From: an uncultured Saprospiraceae bacterium
GTDB lineage: Bacteria > Bacteroidota > Bacteroidia > Chitinophagales > Saprospiraceae
Direction of reading: 5' to 3'
DNA: 64,000 nucleotides
Assembly (NCBI GenBank): GCA_964522505.1
Contig: CAZFWJ010000011.1
Location: 4,851-68,850, forward strand
Position numbers and translations under genes: made by a program. Positions within the stretch are counted from its first letter, which is position 1, and every line of letters begins with the position of its first letter. Below the pieces are notes generated by a model, which searched no databases, was not told the DNA's origin, and was given only the letters and a program-made list of their open reading frames with translations. Below, piece after piece: positions 47,040 to 56,731 of this stretch.

Positions 47040-48395
47040 GTGCTATCTAAGATATACCACAACTACAAGGACGACTTTAGAGCCAATACAAAGCTAGCCA
47101 TCCCGATTGTATTAGGTCAATTAGGACAGATAGCGACTAACATTGCTGACAATGTCATGGTTGCCAAGCTCGGTCCTGCCCATTTGGCTGCTGTATCACT
47201 GTCAGTAGCGATCTTTATCATCTTCGTGATAGTCGGGATTGGAATTTCCTTTTCATTGCCCCCACTGGTCGCAGAAGCACATAGCGCCAAACAGCACAGT
47301 CGTATCGGCCAATACTTTAAGCATAGCTTAATCATAAATCTAAGCTTTGCCATAATTAGCTTGATAGGGATGCTCTCATTGATCCCGATATTAGTATATA
47401 TGGGTCAGGAACAAGAGGTAATCTCACTCGCTAAGCCCTATCTGCAGATCTGCGCCTATTCATTGATTCCGATGATGATGTTTCAGACATTGAGATGTTA
47501 TGCTGATGGCATGTCTGAAACGCTACCTCCTATGATCGCTATGATCGCTGGCAATGTGCTCAATATAGGCCTTAACTATATGTTAATCTTTGGCAAGCTT
47601 GGAGCACCAGCTCTTGGTGTCGCTGGAGCCGCATTAGGTACTTTGATCGCACGCTGTGTGATGATAATGATACTGGTAGGACTATTGATAAAGTGGAAAG
47701 ACCTGTGGTCTTATATCACCGGAATCGACTACTTAAGCTATCAAAGAGCGCTAATCAGAAAGATGCTTAGCATATCCATCCCGATATCACTACAGTTGTT
47801 CTTTGAGGTGTCGGCTGTAGCTGGTGTAGCCATACTCATGGGGCTTCTCGGGAAAGAAGCCCAAGCAGGTCATCAGATAGCTATTAATATTGCGTCAGTT
47901 CCATTTCTCATATGTTCAGGCCTTGGCATGGCGGCATCGGTGAGGGTGGGTAATCAATTAGGACTCAAGGACCACCAAGGGATGTTTAGAGCAGGAGTCT
48001 CTAACTTCATCCAAGTAACATTTCTGATGATTGTTGCAGGCACTCTACTATACCTATTGCGGGAATTCCTCCCCACCCTATATCTGGATGACCCAAGCGT
48101 GTTATCTGTTGCAAGCACCTTACTGATTTTCGCAGCATTGTTTCAGATACCGGATGGCCTGCAGGTATCTATTCTGGGTGCGCTGCGAGGGGCTCAAGAT
48201 GTTAATATTCCCACCTTGATCAGCTTTATTGCTTATTGGTTGATAGGCATACCCATAGGGTGCCTATTATCATTTTACTTTGACATAGGCCCTCAGGGAC
48301 TGTGGATCGGCTTAGTAGTAGGTTTTGCGATAGCCGCAATCTTATTGCAATGGCGATTCAGATACATCATAAATCGCCATTACAATACAGAATAA
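47040..48395 (+). CDS. MATE-family efflux transporter
   Basis: 451-aa ORF from a GTG with 12 TM. N-terminal ..LAIPIVLGQLGQ.. typical of NorM-like MATE proteins. Confidence 0.88.
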   Translation: MLSKIYHNYKDDFRANTKLAIPIVLGQLGQIATNIADNVMVAKLGPAHLAAVSLSVAIFIIFVIVGIGISFSLPPLVAEAHSAKQHSRIGQYFKHSLIINLSFAIISLIGMLSLIPILVYMGQEQEVISLAKPYLQICAYSLIPMMMFQTLRCYADGMSETLPPMIAMIAGNVLNIGLNYMLIFGKLGAPALGVAGAALGTLIARCVMIMILVGLLIKWKDLWSYITGIDYLSYQRALIRKMLSISIPISLQLFFEVSAVAGVAILMGLLGKEAQAGHQIAINIASVPFLICSGLGMAASVRVGNQLGLKDHQGMFRAGVSNFIQVTFLMIVAGTLLYLLREFLPTLYLDDPSVLSVASTLLIFAALFQIPDGLQVSILGALRGAQDVNIPTLISFIAYWLIGIPIGCLLSFYFDIGPQGLWIGLVVGFAIAAILLQWRFRYIINRHYNTE

Positions 48396-48396
48396 T

Positions 48397-48768
48397 TTAG
48401 GCGCTCAGAAGTGAGATGAATCTCGCTTTATGCGCATATACAAGATATAAACCCATTAGTAGGGCAACTATTGCAGGAGCGATATTCGGTAGGTCATGCA
48501 ATAGGTGAAAAATAGTTGCATTAAACAAGATGGCTATCAAGAAGGTTAGCGCCAGTGGCACATACTTCCCTAACAATAGGGCTGCCCCAAAAACCACTTC
48601 CAAGACACCAATAATTTTCATGAAGCCCGAGGTGAAATAAATCCCAATGAGCGTACCTCCATCACCTGCAATCTCCAGGGGAGGCATAAAATGAAGAAAC
48701 TTGTTTAATCCAAAAACAACCATCAACAGTCCCAACAGGACTCTGATGGCGAGAGTTACTTTGTCCAT
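48397..48768 (-). CDS. DoxX-family membrane protein
   Basis: 123-aa ORF with 4 TM. LRVLLGLLMVVFGLNKF N-terminus. Confidence 0.7.
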   Translation of the reverse strand: MDKVTLAIRVLLGLLMVVFGLNKFLHFMPPLEIAGDGGTLIGIYFTSGFMKIIGVLEVVFGAALLLGKYVPLALTFLIAILFNATIFHLLHDLPNIAPAIVALLMGLYLVYAHKARFISLLSA

Positions 48769-48837
48769 AATAGTATTTGTTTAGTTACGATGGCTAGTAA
48801 AATAAGCATATCACTACAAACTCTACCTACACGCAAT

Positions 48838-48877
48838 AAAAAAAATAAAGCCATCAAGAATTGACGTTCTTGATGGC
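48838..48877 (-). terminator. Rho-independent terminator of the giant T9SS-cargo gene
   Basis: Perfect 11-bp stem GCCATCAAGAA/TTCTTGATGGC (48850-48860 / 48867-48877), 6-nt loop. On the minus strand it is followed by TTTATTTTTTTT. Confidence 0.8.
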
Positions 48878-48904
48878 CTTTTAAAAATTTCAGGGTAGTA
48901 CTTA

Positions 48905-51900
48905 TTATAGTACGATCATCTTTTTAGTGATGACTCCTTCTTCAGTTTTCATTCTGTATATGATCACTCCTGAGTCTTGCAGTTCATCTCCTGATACAAC
49001 AATGCTGTTTGTACCCTTATTAAAGAATGATGTTCTTCGGTGAACTTGCTGACCTGCTGAGTTGAAGAATGAAAATTCCACATTCTGAGACTTGTCTATT
49101 ACAAAGTCGATAGTCGTCTGTGAGCTAAATGGATTTGGTTGATTTTGAAGGACTCGTGTTACCAGTTCTACTTCACCAAACACTCTATTAAGTCTTACAC
49201 CTTCTGAGCTTAAATCTGCCAGTACCATGTTCGAATAATCATTATTAGACAATGTAAGGCTTGGTTCTACTTTAGCATTAACTATGATCGTAAGGATATT
49301 GCTATCATCATCGACAGCTACACTGGTATGATCTGTTACCACAACTTTTACATTGTCGTCAGAAATATGGTAATTGCCCTCATTCAACGCAAATACCTCA
49401 GAGTTTAGCTCAGCGATATCTCCACCATTCAGATTGAGATCCAACTGTAATCCCATTAGGTTAAGAGCGTCAGCTGATGAAAGCTTGATTTCATACGTTC
49501 CATCTGCAATTGAATTAATCTGGTAATTGATATTACTACTTCCAGAACGGATGAGCGCTTTAAATCCATTGACATCAGCACTACCATCTATATCACCGGC
49601 TTTGATTCCTACGAAATCATGGGCTAACGTATAGTTGTCAGGAGTTATCGTCACCTCTTGAGATGCGTTGAAAACCTCAAGACCTTCAAATTGAGACATA
49701 CTCTCTGCACTGTAGAAAACCCATTCATTACCATTTCTATACTCAATATCAGTCCCTAATAATACTCTCCTCATCGCTACAAGGTCTAGCGCTGTTACAA
49801 TACCGTCAAAGTTGACGTCTGCAGCGATAAGCTTTCCTTCCTCTTCAAAAGTAATTAATCCCAAGATGTGTCTCTGTACTAAGATGATATCGAGTACCGA
49901 TAGTCCATTGATTGCCTCATCCACTTTACCAGATCTCAAAGTATAGGTCTGGTCTATTTCTGGAGCGATAATTTCATAACGTCCAATATTATTGGTTATA
50001 GCTAAGCCTTCTTCACCCAGCTCTACTGCTACATGTGAAATATCCTCTCCGTAGAATGTTTTCACACGGCCTTCTACTGTGGAAGTATTAGCCGTCTCCG
50101 CCACAAGACATCCGCCGTCTGTTGAGCAGTCAGACTTCACTATGATCTGGTCTACATCCCAGACTGATACAGGACTATCGTTATCATCTGTTAAACAGTA
50201 TCCTAATAATTCAAACGAGAATGTTGTTGCTGTCGTTACCTCGAATCCTGCTAAACCAGAGAAATCAAACTCCTGGAGGCTCCATGTTCTTCCAGTAGCA
50301 TTTTCAGCACTGAGAAATACTTCTTCTCCATTTCTCAAGACCCGTACTCCATAAAATATCGGGAATCTATTTTGTCCACTATCACCGAGGATCCAAGCGA
50401 ATTCCTCTGGTGCTTGCTCATAGAAACAGAGACTTGTTAATGATGCACTTGATGAGCCAGCATTAGGCGCTATTGAAACATCAAATCTTAATGCAAAATC
50501 ACTATCATTTTCAAAGGCGCAATTATCAGATGGACTTACACAGATTGCAACACCCCCATTTACCCCTGGAGTACAAGAATGAGTGAAAGTCTCTGGGTTG
50601 TTTCTGAACGGTGCATTCACTACTCCTAACTGTGCACATGAAGCATCATTGTTAACATTGCCTTGGAATTCTGAATAATCTTGATTCGTGCCGCTATTAA
50701 CAAAGGCATTACACTCCTCAAGACTGAACATTACCGTCGACATCGCCATAGAAGAATCAATAGGATCTTGCTTCGTTACTGTTACAGAATTAGATAGATC
50801 AAAGCAACCTGTCAAATTTGCTGCATTCTGTCCAATAGCTAGTCCTCCTACTTCGCCAAAGGTGGCTATCCTCCAAATCAAGCAAGATTCAATATCAGAA
50901 TTCGTAATACTTACTGATCGACTGCTCTGTATAGATAATATATTCAAGTCTGAGTCAGTAACAAGATACTGCGCTGCACCTGAGCCTCCTCCTGAGAAAT
51001 CTATGTCAAGGCTTGCTCCAGCATTATCCACACATACAGTCACACTGCTCGAGCCATTAACGCTAATGGTTCCGGCATCAGGAGAGTTTCTAACTACTCT
51101 AAGTGCATTGGACAAATCAAAACATCCCGAAAGAGATGATAGTTGTGTACCTACGATACTCGGATCTAATGGCATATCCGACGCAACATTATATACGAAA
51201 CATACTCCTGGCACTATTGATTCAAAATTAAGTGGGCTGCTTGCGGGTAATGCTAATATTATCCCAGCGTCATCAGTAACAAGAAGTTGATTAACTGCTC
51301 CTCCTGCACCTGCTACAGCAACTGCAACAGGGTCATTAGTTCCTATACCGACACATATCTGTAATTCATCACCTGGCGTACCGACAAAAGATAAGGTGCC
51401 GCCGACAAAATTTAAGTCTTGTGATACTGTTATTGGATTACTCAAAGAAAAGCATCCGTCTAAGGCATTTATATTATTGCCTACTGTAGCGTTGAATAAC
51501 GAACCATTGAAAGACACTCTCAGAATCTGGAACATAGCTGAGCTTACACCATTCAAAGCAAATGAGTTAGTATTACTTACTCTCAAGATCTGACCTGATC
51601 CATCAACCGCCAAAAACAGAGATGACGCCCCTACTGCTCCTGAAGCATCAAATTGGAATGCTTGACCTAAGTTGTTAGGACATAGTGTCAGGCTCGAACC
51701 GCCTCCTACACTAATCGATCCACCTGCTGTATTCCCATCCGCCAGAGAGATCTGTACGAAGTTAGTAAGGCCGCCACATGTGGCCGATAAAGCAAACACA
51801 CTTGTTCCTGGCGAAAATGCTTGAAGCGTCCCGTTGTAGGCGAATCTGTACACCCTAAATGTACCTGGCTCAAATCCTGATAGATTGAAACTATTAGAAT

Positions 51901-54352
51901 TCTGAGAAGATATTATAGTCCCATCAGTCGTCGTCACTAACCATATATTGCTTCCTGCCTCCAAGTTGGCACTCATCAATGAGAAAGTAGGATCATTAGA
52001 ACAAATTCTCACATCCGAAGTGTTGTCTAAGGTTGCGATAACTCCTGGGTTTACCGATAATTTGGATACATTAACTGGGTTGGATAGCTCGAAACAGCCT
52101 GTTATCTCACTAACATTACTGCCAACAGCAAGATTTTGTGTTCCAATACTGTGTCTAATATTCCAGATCTGACATTCGTCCCCGAAGCTATTGCTGACAG
52201 AAACATTCGTACCACTTCCTTGGAAGCTCAGAATATTACCTGCAAGATCTGTCACTATGTAATTAGAGAATGTTGAGCTACCACCTGATTCAGTTATAGC
52301 TACGGAAGCATTACTGTTTTGACTGCTGAAACATATCTCTGTAGAAGTTGCTCCACCTACTGTAATTGTTGAAGCAACGGCTTCATTGATATTTACGACT
52401 ATAGGATTAGAGAGCACATCACATGATGGTGCTAATAGGCTGATATCCATACCTATTTGAGTTGGTTGATTCTGACCATCAAAGCTAAGCGCATAAATCT
52501 CTATACGCCCTGTTGGTAGCGAACTCAAATCAAAAGTTGGACCATTTAAAAATCCTGTCACGATATTATTCTCATCGACAACTGGATATATGATATTGGG
52601 AAAGATATTATTTCTAAGAACTGTCTCGAGCGTCATACTGCTCGCATCCGATCTACACACGCTAACTGATGTAGTATTCGCTGCCGTAGCAAATACGCCA
52701 CCTCCTGTTGCTCTCTTATTGGCTTGAATAGACGTGGAGCTAACCGCAAAACATCCTGAAAGATTGTCAATATTCCCTCCTGGAAATAAACCAAATACAG
52801 GGCCTTCTGAAACAACATATCTAATAAAGCAATCACCTAATGGAAGGCCGTCAGCATTAATTGAGCCATCGGATCTTACATCGATTATTCGTCCTGTTGA
52901 ATCTGTTATCACGAATCTCCCTTGCCCTCCTGAAGGCACAGCAGATCCTGAAACCTGGATAATATCTTCTATTCCATCTCGTGCACAGATGTCAAAAAAT
53001 TGCTGAGGTGCACTAATCACAGGCGTCGCCAAACCTTGACGTACAAATCTAATTCGATTAGATACAAGTACACAGCCAGTAACTGCATCTATAGAACCTC
53101 CTGCCTCAAGACCGCTAACATTTCCAACGAACTCAACTCTTGCAATATCGAAGCTGGCAAGATCAGTAGAAAACAAGTCCGAAACACTATTCGCAGTAGC
53201 TGCTATCATGTTGCCATTCAGAGCTACATAGATTCCTTGAGCACCAGCATTAGTGTTATTCAAGTCTATGCTTATCATTGGATCAACGCAGAAAGTAATG
53301 GTAGAACCACTAGGCGATGAGATCACCGGCGTTGTATCTAGGCTCACACTATTAACTGTTATCACATTCGAAAATGCAAAGCAGCCCGTAATATTTTGGA
53401 TATTACTGCCTATAGTAGCGTTTTCTAAAACTTCCTCATAAGATACCCTAAGCACCTGGAACGATCCAGCGCCAAGTGTTGCAAAGTCAATAACACTTGC
53501 TGAAGTAAGCGCTATGATTGTGCCGCTCATATCCGTGATCACGAGCATACTATTCGCGCCGGAATTTCCTGATAAACTGAATGCTACAGACGTGCTACCT
53601 GCATTAAGACATATGTTCGTAAGGTCCGTGGTACTCAATGCTCCACCTTGTGGCAAATCTGTTGCACATGACGCATTAATCATTAAATCATCAATATCCC
53701 ATACCATCACCGCTCCACTCCCTGATACACAATATGGTAAGATCTCCAACTGATAAGCTACTGAACCATTAGTAGTAAAAGCATCGCCTCCAGAAAACTG
53801 AAAGTTTGCTAAATTCCATGGGTCGTTTGTTGCGTTTCCTTCAGATCTGAATACCTCAACTCCGTCTCTCAACAATCTAACCGCAAATAAGGATGGAGGA
53901 TTATTATCTCCTGTTTCACCTTGTATCCATTCAAAAACATCTGGACTTCTATGCTGAAAACTTATCGATGTTAGTGTAGCATTCTGATCAGTGCTCCCAG
54001 ATACGCTGAATGGCACAATGATCCTGTTCTCAGAACTAAAATCGGCTTGACAAGCCACAGCTGCGGATACGCACATCGCTGTACCTGTAAATCCTCCTGT
54101 ACAGGAGTGATTATTAACGGTTGGATTAACTCTAAAAAGAGGTCCGCTTGATGAGAGAATATTACACTCCGAGTCTGATTCCACAACAGCTGTGAACTCA
54201 GAATAATCAATATGTTGCTCGGCCCCGATTAAGGCTTGACAGTTGTCAAAATCATATGTCAGTCGAGCACTCTGGGTGTCGCTATTGCCGTACAAAGAGG
54301 TAAGGCATAGGCATAAAAGTACTAGTGTACTGTAAATGGGAAATCTAGTCAT
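48905..54352 (-). CDS. Giant secreted multidomain protein with T9SS C-terminal sorting domain
   Basis: 1815-aa ORF with a signal peptide. Duplicated ~200-aa domain (nt 53666-54262 and 50126-50735). Nine ~108-aa modules each ending in a GCFxLSNxxxV-like motif. CarboxypepD_reg-like segment VEGRVKTFYGEDISHVAVEL. Dockerin-like ADVNFDGIVTALDLVAMRRVLLG. C-terminal NQPNPFSSQTTIDF...IYRMKTEEGVITKKMIVL (Por secretion tail type). Confidence 0.85.
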   Translation of the reverse strand: MTRFPIYSTLVLLCLCLTSLYGNSDTQSARLTYDFDNCQALIGAEQHIDYSEFTAVVESDSECNILSSSGPLFRVNPTVNNHSCTGGFTGTAMCVSAAVACQADFSSENRIIVPFSVSGSTDQNATLTSISFQHRSPDVFEWIQGETGDNNPPSLFAVRLLRDGVEVFRSEGNATNDPWNLANFQFSGGDAFTTNGSVAYQLEILPYCVSGSGAVMVWDIDDLMINASCATDLPQGGALSTTDLTNICLNAGSTSVAFSLSGNSGANSMLVITDMSGTIIALTSASVIDFATLGAGSFQVLRVSYEEVLENATIGSNIQNITGCFAFSNVITVNSVSLDTTPVISSPSGSTITFCVDPMISIDLNNTNAGAQGIYVALNGNMIAATANSVSDLFSTDLASFDIARVEFVGNVSGLEAGGSIDAVTGCVLVSNRIRFVRQGLATPVISAPQQFFDICARDGIEDIIQVSGSAVPSGGQGRFVITDSTGRIIDVRSDGSINADGLPLGDCFIRYVVSEGPVFGLFPGGNIDNLSGCFAVSSTSIQANKRATGGGVFATAANTTSVSVCRSDASSMTLETVLRNNIFPNIIYPVVDENNIVTGFLNGPTFDLSSLPTGRIEIYALSFDGQNQPTQIGMDISLLAPSCDVLSNPIVVNINEAVASTITVGGATSTEICFSSQNSNASVAITESGGSSTFSNYIVTDLAGNILSFQGSGTNVSVSNSFGDECQIWNIRHSIGTQNLAVGSNVSEITGCFELSNPVNVSKLSVNPGVIATLDNTSDVRICSNDPTFSLMSANLEAGSNIWLVTTTDGTIISSQNSNSFNLSGFEPGTFRVYRFAYNGTLQAFSPGTSVFALSATCGGLTNFVQISLADGNTAGGSISVGGGSSLTLCPNNLGQAFQFDASGAVGASSLFLAVDGSGQILRVSNTNSFALNGVSSAMFQILRVSFNGSLFNATVGNNINALDGCFSLSNPITVSQDLNFVGGTLSFVGTPGDELQICVGIGTNDPVAVAVAGAGGAVNQLLVTDDAGIILALPASSPLNFESIVPGVCFVYNVASDMPLDPSIVGTQLSSLSGCFDLSNALRVVRNSPDAGTISVNGSSSVTVCVDNAGASLDIDFSGGGSGAAQYLVTDSDLNILSIQSSRSVSITNSDIESCLIWRIATFGEVGGLAIGQNAANLTGCFDLSNSVTVTKQDPIDSSMAMSTVMFSLEECNAFVNSGTNQDYSEFQGNVNNDASCAQLGVVNAPFRNNPETFTHSCTPGVNGGVAICVSPSDNCAFENDSDFALRFDVSIAPNAGSSSASLTSLCFYEQAPEEFAWILGDSGQNRFPIFYGVRVLRNGEEVFLSAENATGRTWSLQEFDFSGLAGFEVTTATTFSFELLGYCLTDDNDSPVSVWDVDQIIVKSDCSTDGGCLVAETANTSTVEGRVKTFYGEDISHVAVELGEEGLAITNNIGRYEIIAPEIDQTYTLRSGKVDEAINGLSVLDIILVQRHILGLITFEEEGKLIAADVNFDGIVTALDLVAMRRVLLGTDIEYRNGNEWVFYSAESMSQFEGLEVFNASQEVTITPDNYTLAHDFVGIKAGDIDGSADVNGFKALIRSGSSNINYQINSIADGTYEIKLSSADALNLMGLQLDLNLNGGDIAELNSEVFALNEGNYHISDDNVKVVVTDHTSVAVDDDSNILTIIVNAKVEPSLTLSNNDYSNMVLADLSSEGVRLNRVFGEVELVTRVLQNQPNPFSSQTTIDFVIDKSQNVEFSFFNSAGQQVHRRTSFFNKGTNSIVVSGDELQDSGVIIYRMKTEEGVITKKMIVL

Positions 54353-54881
54353 AATTATCGCAAGTTTGGTTCTGTCTAAAATTGCAATGGAGTAAAGATC
54401 GACAACTTGGAGGGTTAAATGCTCAAGGTATACCCTATATTAATCAATTGAGCAAAATTTATTGACTTTAACATGTTGTATAACAGAAAGTTACGAAATG
54501 ACTATTTTATTATAATAACTATCTAAATGTATTATTGTCTAATAAAAGACCTAGGATAAACACCATGTTTGTGGTATGACACACTCATGAAACTGTTAAG
54601 TTGAAATACGTGAAGAAATGCAAAAGTGCGGTGTTAAGAGCCAAGAGAACCAATATATGTGTGGCTCGATCATATAGGGTGTTTCATTTCTATCTCCAAT
54701 AATTCATAAACCCATTACATCCAGTAAGTAATTGGATTTGCCAAGAGATAAATTAGAAAAGGGCATCGTTGCAATGGCTATCACGGTAATTACAACAAGG
54801 GTATCACTAAATTATTATGGTCAATTAAAAATCTTATGAACCTTAAGGTTTACTCCCACTCTTCAAAAGGCGACAGACGAC

Positions 54882-56213
54882 TTAGAAAAATAATTCGTAC
54901 ATAAGCAAGAACACCCCTGCTCCAGCAAGGAATCCAAGTGCAGCAAGCCAAGCAATATTCTTAAGATACCAGATAAAATCAATACGCTCCATACCCATGG
55001 CGGCTACTCCTGCCGCCGATCCGATTATAAGCATACTTCCTCCAGTACCGGCAGAATATGCGATGAAATGCCAGAGCTTGGCATCGATGACTTCAGTATA
55101 CATGCCCATTGACGCTGCCACTAATGGAACATTATCGATTATAGCCGAGAATACACCAAGGAGCATAATCACTAAATCTTGCGATGGCACAGAGGCATCT
55201 AACCAAGCTGCAAGTGAATTAAGTACGCCCAAGGACTCCAATGAACCTACCGCCATTAGAATTCCTAAAAAGAATAATATGCTCGACATCTCAATCCGTG
55301 ACAAAGCTGTGTGAGCAGAATAGAGATGCTTACGCTCCTCTTCAAAATCCTCTTCTGGGTGTATATACTCAGATACCAACCAGACAATACCGAGAGCAAG
55401 CATCATCCCTAGATATGGTGGCATGTGAGTGATACTTTTAAATATTGGAACGGAAATCAGTCCTGCTATCCCCACGAAGAGCATAGTCTGGCTACTTAAA
55501 ACTTGCCTATCGCTTTCTTCTTTTTTAGAGTCAACTTTAGCTAGTTGCAGAGATCCTTGAAATGGCTTGGTCAATGATGCTATAAAGGTTGGGACCGCAA
55601 AACATACCAGAGAAGGAACCACTAAATGAGTGATAAGGCCAACTGTCGATACCCGATCCCCTATCCATAGCATAGTAGTTGTAACATCTCCAATAGGGGA
55701 CCATGCGCCTCCTGCATTAGCTGCAATCACACCCATACAGACAAACCAAAGTCGCTCCATCTTATCAGGAACCAATCGTCTCAATAGTGAAACCAAGACG
55801 ATAGTTGAGGCTAAATTATCCAGGGTGGCAGACAAGAAAAATGCCAGTATACAGACTAACCACAGCATTTTTTTCTTACTATTTGTAGTGATCCTATTGG
55901 TAATCACCGAAAATCCCTTGTGCAAGTCTATCAACTCAACAATAGTCATAGCACCGATTAGAAACACCAATATTTCAGCAGTCTTGCCTATATGGTGGAG
56001 TAGGACTCCTCCTAAAAAGTCGTAATAGTCTCCCTCACCGTGACCCATACCGTGACCATGATGATCAATAATATCCAAATGGCCAACTGAGATCAGTGCC
56101 CAACATAGCGCACCCATTATGAGTGCAGGCACAGTTTTATCTAAGTGAAGTGGATGTTCAAATACTATAATCAAATAACCTAGTATGAAACATATTATAA
56201 CCGCTGCAATCAT
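54882..56213 (-). CDS. NhaD-family sodium:proton antiporter
   Basis: 443-aa polytopic ORF. ArsB/NhaD-permease-like organisation and a His/Gly-rich loop HHGHGMGHGEGD. Confidence 0.8.
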   Translation of the reverse strand: MIAAVIICFILGYLIIVFEHPLHLDKTVPALIMGALCWALISVGHLDIIDHHGHGMGHGEGDYYDFLGGVLLHHIGKTAEILVFLIGAMTIVELIDLHKGFSVITNRITTNSKKKMLWLVCILAFFLSATLDNLASTIVLVSLLRRLVPDKMERLWFVCMGVIAANAGGAWSPIGDVTTTMLWIGDRVSTVGLITHLVVPSLVCFAVPTFIASLTKPFQGSLQLAKVDSKKEESDRQVLSSQTMLFVGIAGLISVPIFKSITHMPPYLGMMLALGIVWLVSEYIHPEEDFEEERKHLYSAHTALSRIEMSSILFFLGILMAVGSLESLGVLNSLAAWLDASVPSQDLVIMLLGVFSAIIDNVPLVAASMGMYTEVIDAKLWHFIAYSAGTGGSMLIIGSAAGVAAMGMERIDFIWYLKNIAWLAALGFLAGAGVFLLMYELFF

Positions 56214-56286
56214 ATCAATTCTGACTTAAGTATGTAATAATATTAAATTCTTTCAAGCTCCTGATGTGAATAGGGTTATTTGCTGT

Positions 56287-56649
56287 CTATGCCCCAGCAT
56301 TTTTTACGTTATGATATCCCATCAAACCCAATTCTTTTATCAGGCGATTACGTTGATCACCCTGGATTATGATTTCGCCGCCTTTTACAGATCCTCCAAC
56401 ACCACACTTTGATTTGAGCAGTTTGCACATACCCAGCATTGCTTCTTCTGACAGCGTCAAGCCCTTAATGATACTAACTGCCTTTCCACCTCTACCCTTT
56501 CTTTCTAAATAGACTCTCAATATATCGTCAAGGGCTACCTTCGCCTCTTCCTGATATTCATCTTCGGTTGGCAAATCGGCATTATCCGGATTGCCCATGG
56601 ATTGAAAAACATCCCATCCGATGGACTTTTCAAATTTGTCTTTAGTCAT
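56287..56649 (-). CDS. SUI1/YciH-family translation initiation factor
   Basis: 120-aa ORF. ..RKGRGGKAVSIIKGL.. and ..CGVGGSVKGGEIIIQGDQRNRLIKEL.. match the SUI1 fold signature. Confidence 0.88.
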   Translation of the reverse strand: MTKDKFEKSIGWDVFQSMGNPDNADLPTEDEYQEEAKVALDDILRVYLERKGRGGKAVSIIKGLTLSEEAMLGMCKLLKSKCGVGGSVKGGEIIIQGDQRNRLIKELGLMGYHNVKNAGA

Positions 56650-56731
56650 TCTTATAAATTTATGACCTCATTTCGTGCACAAAATGCAAAGCTCTCGGTT
56701 ATAAAGTATATCCAAACAAGAAATTAATACT

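Noticed and set aside
50688-51290. 200-aa + strand ORF, plus at least seven other 60-106-aa + strand ORFs, antisense inside the giant T9SS-cargo gene (50079-53753).
   Set aside because: These are shadow ORFs. The sense gene is rich in Ser/Thr/Gly/Ala/Val/Asn codons, whose complements rarely give stops. The antisense products have no signal, motif or start context. The sense frame is continuous for 1815 codons with coherent domain structure.
48905-54352. The possibility that the repeat modules of the giant gene are targets of a diversity-generating retroelement or phase-variable cassette switching.
   Set aside because: There is no reverse transcriptase, template repeat or invertase/recombinase gene nearby. 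The modules are divergent at the protein level (old duplications), not near-identical DNA repeats.
55630-56025. 131-aa and 105-aa + strand ORFs antisense within the NhaD antiporter gene.
   Set aside because: These are shadow frames of a hydrophobic membrane-protein gene. The NhaD frame is continuous and has family-typical features.
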